NCBI GenBank assembly: GCA_965200005.1
Contig: OZ241331.1
Span: 463,532-527,531, forward strand
DNA from: Acidimicrobiales bacterium
GTDB taxonomy: Bacteria > Actinomycetota > Acidimicrobiia > Acidimicrobiales > Aldehydirespiratoraceae
DNA length: 64,000 nt
Direction of reading: 5' to 3'
The notes beneath the pieces were generated by a model. The model did no database searches, was not told the DNA's origin, and worked only from the letters and a program-made list of their open reading frames with translations. A program made the translations under genes and the position numbers. Of the stretch, positions 58,439 through 64,000 are shown one piece after another (within the stretch, counting starts at the first letter, position 1; every line of letters begins with the position of its first letter).

Positions 58439-60724
58439 CTAACCCCTCGGTCCTGGGCCGGGTCCAGGATTCGGCGGTGGAAACCCTACAGGACCCTCAC
58501 AACTGCTCACGAACTCCGCATCGCACCTATCAAATCCGTTGCCACCGTCAACGGTGTCAGTACCGCCATCGCCAATGAGTACATCATTGTCGCTATCGCC
58601 GAATAGCTTGTCGTGACCTGAGCCACCACGGATCGTGTCCGCTCCAGCACCACCGTGAAGCGTGTCAACACCGCCATCACCATTAACGGTGTCGTCTCCG
58701 GCGCCACCGTAAATGGTGTCATCGCCGTCATTCCCATGAATGGTGTCGTTGCCGTCGCCACCGTAGATGATGTCATCGCCACCACTCCCGTAAATGACAT
58801 CATTTCCGCCCAGACCACAGATGATGTCAGCTCCATTTGTGCCACGAAGACCGTCCTTCTTATCCGTGCCGATCATCGTGCATCCACTCACGGCTACAGT
58901 TACTTGACCCTCAACGCATGCATTCGTAGCGGCGTCACAGACCCGATAGGTAAAGGAGTCCTCACCCGAGAGGACAACTCCTGCTGTGTACTCAATCTGC
59001 TTCTTGCTGTTGCGTTCCACGATACGGGCAGTTCCGCGAGTCGGCGCAGAAGATATAGTCAAACTCTTGCTATAGATATTGCTGCCACGAAGTGACAGAT
59101 CATTGGCAAGCACATCAAACGTGTAGCTCTTATCCATTTCAGCTGAGTAGCTGTCGTCAATTGGAATGAGCCCGGCAGCACTATCAACTCGATAGATCTT
59201 CACTGAGGAGCTGCCTTTGCGTCCGTCAGGACCTGTCGCCGTTGCTGTGATCGTGTGTACCCCGTGACTTAAGTCACTCGCCGCAATCACCAAGTCTGCG
59301 TGAGTACCCAATGATCCGTCAATGCTGCTTGACCAAGTCACATTACTTGGTTCTATGCTCTGCTTTGTCTCTTCGGCAACAGACGCCCACGCCTCGACAG
59401 TTGCCGCCACGGAGTACATACCATCCCAGACAATCATGCCTTCTTCAATGCCGCTGATCGTGACGTCCGGAAGTGTCAATACCGAAGTGTCCGCAGCCAA
59501 TTCTGCTACGCTCAACTCTGCATAGTTCTTGACACGAACACTAGAGTGCTGAATCTTCTCGGATTTGAGCAAAGTCTTTCCATCCCAGATCTCAAACTGG
59601 GAGTACTCCCGAGGGTCTACAATCGCTACCAGCCAATTGTGACGCCTGTTCTCTGGACGTGTCGGGTTGCACCACGGCACATCCCGGCAGTCACTCGACG
59701 ACATCGAAACAGCGATACCATCGAGTGGCATTGGTATTGTGGTGTCCCAGATAGGGCTAAATCGTTCGGAGGATATTGTTTCTCCATCTTCGGAAATCAG
59801 TCGAAGTTCAAGGTGTCCGGTGGAGTAAGTGGGGACATCTACACTTGCAGCTGTTTGATTCTGATCAAGGTAGTCCAGCGTAGCTTCCACTACTTTGCCT
59901 TGATCATCTACTACGACAGACCCATAAAACAAGTCGTATGTGCGCAATTCTCTATCATCTGATAGACCCCCGATCGGAGGCGGTGACCACTCATTGACGG
60001 AGTTTATCACCGTAAGAAAGTCCGTGTACGTAGCTGCACTCACCCATCTTCGCTGTGAGCTTCCGGTTTTGTTACAATAGCTCATTAACGCGAATACGTC
60101 ATCCGGATTGACGATCGCCATCGATTCAAAATTCTGAAGAATGTCGCCCGAGAATATGCTATAGAGACCTTCATATAGCAGTCTCATGTCGATGCCCCAC
60201 ACCTCGGTGTCTGGGACAATGTGGCCAAGCCGATCGGTCTCAAATCCGAGATGCGCCCACTCCTTTCCTCCTATATTGCGAATGTATGGATGTGGGTCAC
60301 CTGTCTCCGGTATCTCACCCTCTTCGACTGTTTCACACAACGTGTGTCCGTCATCATCCAGCGAGTGTCCCTGTCCAAGCACATGGCCAAATTCATGTGA
60401 ACCTCGATTTCTAGCGTGGCCCGATTCAAACTTATAGTCAACATCACTTGTATACCAGACGGCAACAGAGGTTGGAATGGAGCTGGGGTTAGACGGACGC
60501 GTCGCCAGTCCCGCCGTGTCATCCGGTGGATTCCCTGAAAGAACGCCAAGGTAGACCTCACCCTTGCCGCTCGTGACTAGGCTTCGTAGATCCTTGAGTA
60601 TTCCATGTGCATCACTTACGCTGGGCTTCTCGACATCCGTTAGACCAGTTGTATCTATGCCCTTCTCTTCAAATCCAGGATCATCTAGGGTTACCGTCAC
60701 GCCTATATGTTGGGCAGGGAACAT
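58439..60724 (-). CDS. metzincin-type zinc metalloprotease domain plus Ig/cadherin-like modules plus RTX calcium-binding repeats (distal part of a split gene)
   Basis: HEFGHVLGQGH matches HExxHxxGxxH. The C-terminal GGxGxD nonapeptide array runs GGNDVIYGSGGDDIIYGGDGNDTIHGNDGDDTIYGGAGDDTVNG.... There is no signal peptide at its own N-terminus. Confidence 0.75.
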   Translation of the reverse strand: MFPAQHIGVTVTLDDPGFEEKGIDTTGLTDVEKPSVSDAHGILKDLRSLVTSGKGEVYLGVLSGNPPDDTAGLATRPSNPSSIPTSVAVWYTSDVDYKFESGHARNRGSHEFGHVLGQGHSLDDDGHTLCETVEEGEIPETGDPHPYIRNIGGKEWAHLGFETDRLGHIVPDTEVWGIDMRLLYEGLYSIFSGDILQNFESMAIVNPDDVFALMSYCNKTGSSQRRWVSAATYTDFLTVINSVNEWSPPPIGGLSDDRELRTYDLFYGSVVVDDQGKVVEATLDYLDQNQTAASVDVPTYSTGHLELRLISEDGETISSERFSPIWDTTIPMPLDGIAVSMSSSDCRDVPWCNPTRPENRRHNWLVAIVDPREYSQFEIWDGKTLLKSEKIQHSSVRVKNYAELSVAELAADTSVLTLPDVTISGIEEGMIVWDGMYSVAATVEAWASVAEETKQSIEPSNVTWSSSIDGSLGTHADLVIAASDLSHGVHTITATATGPDGRKGSSSVKIYRVDSAAGLIPIDDSYSAEMDKSYTFDVLANDLSLRGSNIYSKSLTISSAPTRGTARIVERNSKKQIEYTAGVVLSGEDSFTYRVCDAATNACVEGQVTVAVSGCTMIGTDKKDGLRGTNGADIICGLGGNDVIYGSGGDDIIYGGDGNDTIHGNDGDDTIYGGAGDDTVNGDGGVDTLHGGAGADTIRGGSGHDKLFGDSDNDVLIGDGGTDTVDGGNGFDRCDAEFVSSCEGPVGFPPPNPGPGPGPRG

Positions 60725-60844
60725 GGATCTAATGCGTGCAGCCTGCTCATCAAGTTCAGCCTCTGTCGGTGTGCTTGCACTGTTCAGCGTCTGCAGTCCT
60801 ATGAGATTGATATGTGGAATGTAGGTTGTGGTGAATGCGACATT

Positions 60845-61927
60845 TTACGAGCACGTATTGGTGGGAACTGATGCCTCAGTACAGACTACATCCTGACCGG
60901 GAAGCCTCAACTCTAATGTGACATTGTCTCCGTGGAGGTACGCCTCCGGCAGTAGAAAGTTGATTGCAGAGTGAAACTTATGTCGTCTCGATTCTCCGTT
61001 GTGGTCTACATTAACGATCGGATCGACTGGAACAGTATTGTCGTTAAGCACTCCCTTTCCGGTATACGGTAAGACTGTCCCTACATCTTGTTGTCCAGGA
61101 CGTTTGATGTATAGTTGAGCGTAAATGGTGGCCTCAGTAACGCTGCTACTCTTGGGTTCCACGAACGCGCGCACTACAGTTCGGTTTCCGGCGATTAACG
61201 GGATGGAACTAGTTTCACCAGGTACTAGACCGTCCCAGGTTTGTATGACCTGATTGACCTCTAGGGCAACCACTCGAAGTGAGGGGTTCATGTTGCCTTT
61301 GTAGAGGATGCCTGATGTTGTTGCCTTGAGTCGAGCGAGGTTGCCGCCAATACCGAGAGTGGCTTCTACTTCACCGTCAAAGACGTAGTGGTCACTGTCG
61401 TCAAAGTGTTCGATTCGGTCGCAACCGTTCGCCGTTGATCTGATCCAGTTGTTCCACTTGGTGTATGTGAGAGTGATGCCCCCACCTGCACAGTCCTTCC
61501 CCACGACTGTGATCGAATCGCCCTTGAAGTCTTCTTGCTGAAAGTGGACTCCGATGATCCTGTCGGGCTGCGACGAGGACGCTGTGGCACGGGTCAGGCC
61601 GCCCACATGATCCATCACCTTGTCGTAATCGTCAAAGCAGGTTGACGTCGTACTGGCGCTTAGCGCCGTAACGCTGTTGCTCTGTGGAAGCCTTAGAACG
61701 CAGTGCTCGGGGGAGTCATCGGGTACGGCCTCAGGAGAGGCCACGGCTGCGAACGACTCCCCGGATTCTTCATCCGCACTCGGCGCCACCGTTGGTGACA
61801 GGACTGTCGCCGTGAGGACAATTGCTACAAACCGTGTGATCACTTGATTGGTCCTGACGTGGCCAGCTTGCTCCGAGCGGGTTCTGAATATGTCAGACAT
61901 TTGCGAGCTTGTCAACTGCATCGGCAT
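60845..61927 (-). CDS. signal-peptide-bearing N-terminal part of the split metzincin-RTX gene
   Basis: TM/signal segment VITRFVAIVLTATVLSPTVAPSA. It ends at a TAA that is in frame with the downstream ORF (120 stop-free nt between them). Confidence 0.65.
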   Translation of the reverse strand: MPMQLTSSQMSDIFRTRSEQAGHVRTNQVITRFVAIVLTATVLSPTVAPSADEESGESFAAVASPEAVPDDSPEHCVLRLPQSNSVTALSASTTSTCFDDYDKVMDHVGGLTRATASSSQPDRIIGVHFQQEDFKGDSITVVGKDCAGGGITLTYTKWNNWIRSTANGCDRIEHFDDSDHYVFDGEVEATLGIGGNLARLKATTSGILYKGNMNPSLRVVALEVNQVIQTWDGLVPGETSSIPLIAGNRTVVRAFVEPKSSSVTEATIYAQLYIKRPGQQDVGTVLPYTGKGVLNDNTVPVDPIVNVDHNGESRRHKFHSAINFLLPEAYLHGDNVTLELRLPGQDVVCTEASVPTNTCS

Positions 61928-62274
61928 GTGTCGAGCTACATTCGAGGTGAGCAGGGATCTTTTCGAAGACGCACAGGATTATGTGGAGAGTCATGACGGG
62001 CAGAGGGAGCGCCTGAGTGTGCTTCTCGTCACCGCATGATTAAGAGAACACAAGATCGCGCGGATGATGTCGCCGACTCGCATCACTGGCTACGACGCGC
62101 ACCTCTGAGCCAAGACTCTCCACCAACCCCAATTTCGCAACCCCTTTGACGGATAAGGGAGCCAAGCCACTGCCTTTCTCAGTTGCGGTAGGTATCGGTG
62201 TCAGCCGATCGGTAAGTCTCGCCGCGAAGCTCGCAGACCAGAGTGGTAACTCTCGGCCATAGGGTTGTCGTGTA

Positions 62275-63621
62275 ATGGATCGGTATCTGTGCGATGTGGT
62301 TGCGCCTATGGGTGGTGCGGCCCGGCACGGTGCCGGCTTGAAGCGGTCTGAACCGATTGTTGACGGTGTTGTTGATGTTGGGAGCGATGGGCGGATTGCT
62401 TGGTGCGGGGCTGCTTCGGAGGCACCCGATCTGACTGGTGCCGGGATCACTGAGCATCGGATTCGTGGCATTTTGATGCCTGGGTTGATCAACGCTCACT
62501 GTCACACACCGATGGTGTTGTTGCGGGGTGCTGGTGAAGGTTTACCGGTCGACCGGTGGCTGCATGAAGTGATGTGGCCTCGAGAAGCCAAACTCACACC
62601 AGACGATGTGCGTGCCGGCATGCGGCTCGGTGCCGCCGAGTTGTTATGTAATGGCATCACGACCTCGGTTGAGATGTACTTCAGCGGACAGACACTCGCC
62701 GAAGGTGCACAACAAGCGGGTTTACGATGCCTGGTGACACCCGGGGTGATCGAAGCATCTGAACTAGGTGGGCTGGGCGCCTGGCAAGATCAACTCGACG
62801 AGATGGTTGCACTACATCAACGGTGGGCTAACAGCAGCCAGATCTATGTAGGCATCGGCGCCCATGCCGCCTACTCGCTGTCACGAGAGTGTCTCGCCGG
62901 AGTAGCGGAGTGTGCAGCCGAGACAGGCATGCCCATCCACATTCACGTGGCAGAACAGGAGTGGGAGGACGCCGCGGTACGGGAGCGATCTGGTGGACTG
63001 GGCGCTCCCCGGTATCTTGAGTCGCTGGGACTGCTCGAAGGCAGGACGATCGCGGCTCACGGCGTGTGGCTCTCCGGTGACGACATTGAGTTGCTCGCCC
63101 GCAACGACACCGCCGTGGTTCACTGCCCCTGCTCAAATGCCAAACACGCATCGGGGGTTGCACCAGTTATGGACATGAGAGCCGCTGGTTTGACGGTTGC
63201 AATCGGCACCGATGGACCCGCTTCGCATCACCGGCTCGACCTCTTCGAGGAGATGCGCACCGCCATCAGGTTCGCGAGAATCCGTTCCTGCCGTGCGGAG
63301 ACGCTCACCGCATCCGAGACTCTCGCTATGGCGACTGCGGAGGCTGCTACCGCAATCGGTCGAGAATCTGATCTTGGTCGACTTGCTCCGGGATATTGGG
63401 CAGACATGGTTGCCTTATCGGCTGACTCTCCTGCGCTCAATCCTGTGATCGAGGGAGAGGATGACCCGCTATCTCGCATTGTCTGGTCGGGATCAACTGA
63501 AGCTGTCTCGGCGGTTTGGGTCGCGGGACGCAAGGTGGTCGAAGCCGGTGAGGTCCTGACGGTTGACATGGCCAAGACACTCGCAGACACAACACAGCGC
63601 TCAAAGCGTTTAGCAAGCTGA
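62275..63621 (+). CDS. mtaD: 5-methylthioadenosine/S-adenosylhomocysteine deaminase family amidohydrolase
   Basis: GLINAHCHTPMVLLRG metal motif, HVAE, and a distal GTDG. 448 aa; the start is uncertain. Confidence 0.8.
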   Translation: MDRYLCDVVAPMGGAARHGAGLKRSEPIVDGVVDVGSDGRIAWCGAASEAPDLTGAGITEHRIRGILMPGLINAHCHTPMVLLRGAGEGLPVDRWLHEVMWPREAKLTPDDVRAGMRLGAAELLCNGITTSVEMYFSGQTLAEGAQQAGLRCLVTPGVIEASELGGLGAWQDQLDEMVALHQRWANSSQIYVGIGAHAAYSLSRECLAGVAECAAETGMPIHIHVAEQEWEDAAVRERSGGLGAPRYLESLGLLEGRTIAAHGVWLSGDDIELLARNDTAVVHCPCSNAKHASGVAPVMDMRAAGLTVAIGTDGPASHHRLDLFEEMRTAIRFARIRSCRAETLTASETLAMATAEAATAIGRESDLGRLAPGYWADMVALSADSPALNPVIEGEDDPLSRIVWSGSTEAVSAVWVAGRKVVEAGEVLTVDMAKTLADTTQRSKRLAS

Positions 63622-63712
63622 CCGTCTGCGCATCTCACTGCCTGGTTTGTTCGAGCCCGATCGGTGGATTGCGTGAGCGCGATCGGCTCGGAAGTGATCA
63701 AAAGTTGCGCGG

Positions 63713-64000
63713 ATGCGAGCTAGCGAGGTCGTAGAACTTCTCGACCTTGTGCCACTTGAGGGCGAGGGTGGGATGTGGGCTCAGAGCTTTCGCGACGCCA
63801 ACTCGTCGGTGATCTACTACTTGATGACACCAGGTGATTTCTCAGCGCTGCATCGCCTGAGTTCACCTGAGCTTTGGCATCACTACTGCGGCGCGCCGGT
63901 ACAGATGTTGTTGCTTAAACCCTCGGGATTGGCTGAGCATCCGGTGTTGGGGCCTGATCTTGCGGCGGGTCAACGTCCAGTGGTGGTAGCCGAAACGGGA
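63713..64000 (+). CDS. cupin-fold DUF985 protein, N-terminal part (runs off the right edge)
   Basis: Manual translation from the ATG at 63713 gives MRASEVVELLDLVPLEGEGGMWAQSFRD...IYYLMTPGDFSALHRLSSPELWHHYCGAPVQMLLL...LGPDLAAGQRPVVV. This matches the DUF985 pattern (L-x-P-H-P-E-G-G..., S-x-x-H-R-L-x-x-x-E-x-W). Confidence 0.6.
   Translation, partial: MRASEVVELLDLVPLEGEGGMWAQSFRDANSSVIYYLMTPGDFSALHRLSSPELWHHYCGAPVQMLLLKPSGLAEHPVLGPDLAAGQRPVVVAETG

Overview
High-GC (about 60% by eye) chromosome segment of actinobacterial type: it has a CrgA homologue, an sdhCAB operon with a b558-type cytochrome subunit, and many ATGA/GTGA-coupled gene junctions. Housekeeping content: sdhCAB, pyk, acs, msrA, dcd, yaaA, htpX, crgA, mtnA, mtaD, tRNA-Tyr(GTA) and tRNA-Gly(CCC). 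A roughly 13 kb catabolic/transport cluster (5.0-18.0 kb) is built around a Dpp/Opp-type ABC importer, with two PhyH-family dioxygenases, an enolase-superfamily enzyme, a DapA-family enzyme, a BNR-repeat protein, a 2-hydroxyacid dehydrogenase and a class II aldolase. Between these lie accessory patches. (1) 18.2-21.4 kb holds a RelE/ParE-like domain fused to an SF1 UvrD-type helicase, next to a VapC toxin with a frameshifted VapB. (2) 24.8-26.4 kb holds orphan genes, including a HicB-like protein. (3) 26.9-31.9 kb holds two tandem paralogous SLH-domain cell-surface proteins. (4) Next to tRNA-Tyr sit an AbiEi/AbiEii module bracketed by two ~87 bp direct repeats and a Fic protein. (5) Next to tRNA-Gly sits an AAA+ ATPase plus S8 subtilase pair that resembles the ietAS defence architecture, but the protease lacks its catalytic-Ser region. 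(6) A visibly low-GC block (56.7-61.9 kb) encodes a lipoprotein paralogue and a ~1160-codon metzincin/RTX-repeat protein split by one in-frame TAA. Several genes (vapB, a sulfotransferase, yajQ, the S8 protease, the metzincin) are disrupted by single frameshifts, a stop codon or a deletion, so either the assembly has indel errors or there is real gene decay. I saw no CRISPR array, rRNA, integrase or transposase. All family calls come from motif recognition by eye; no searches were run.
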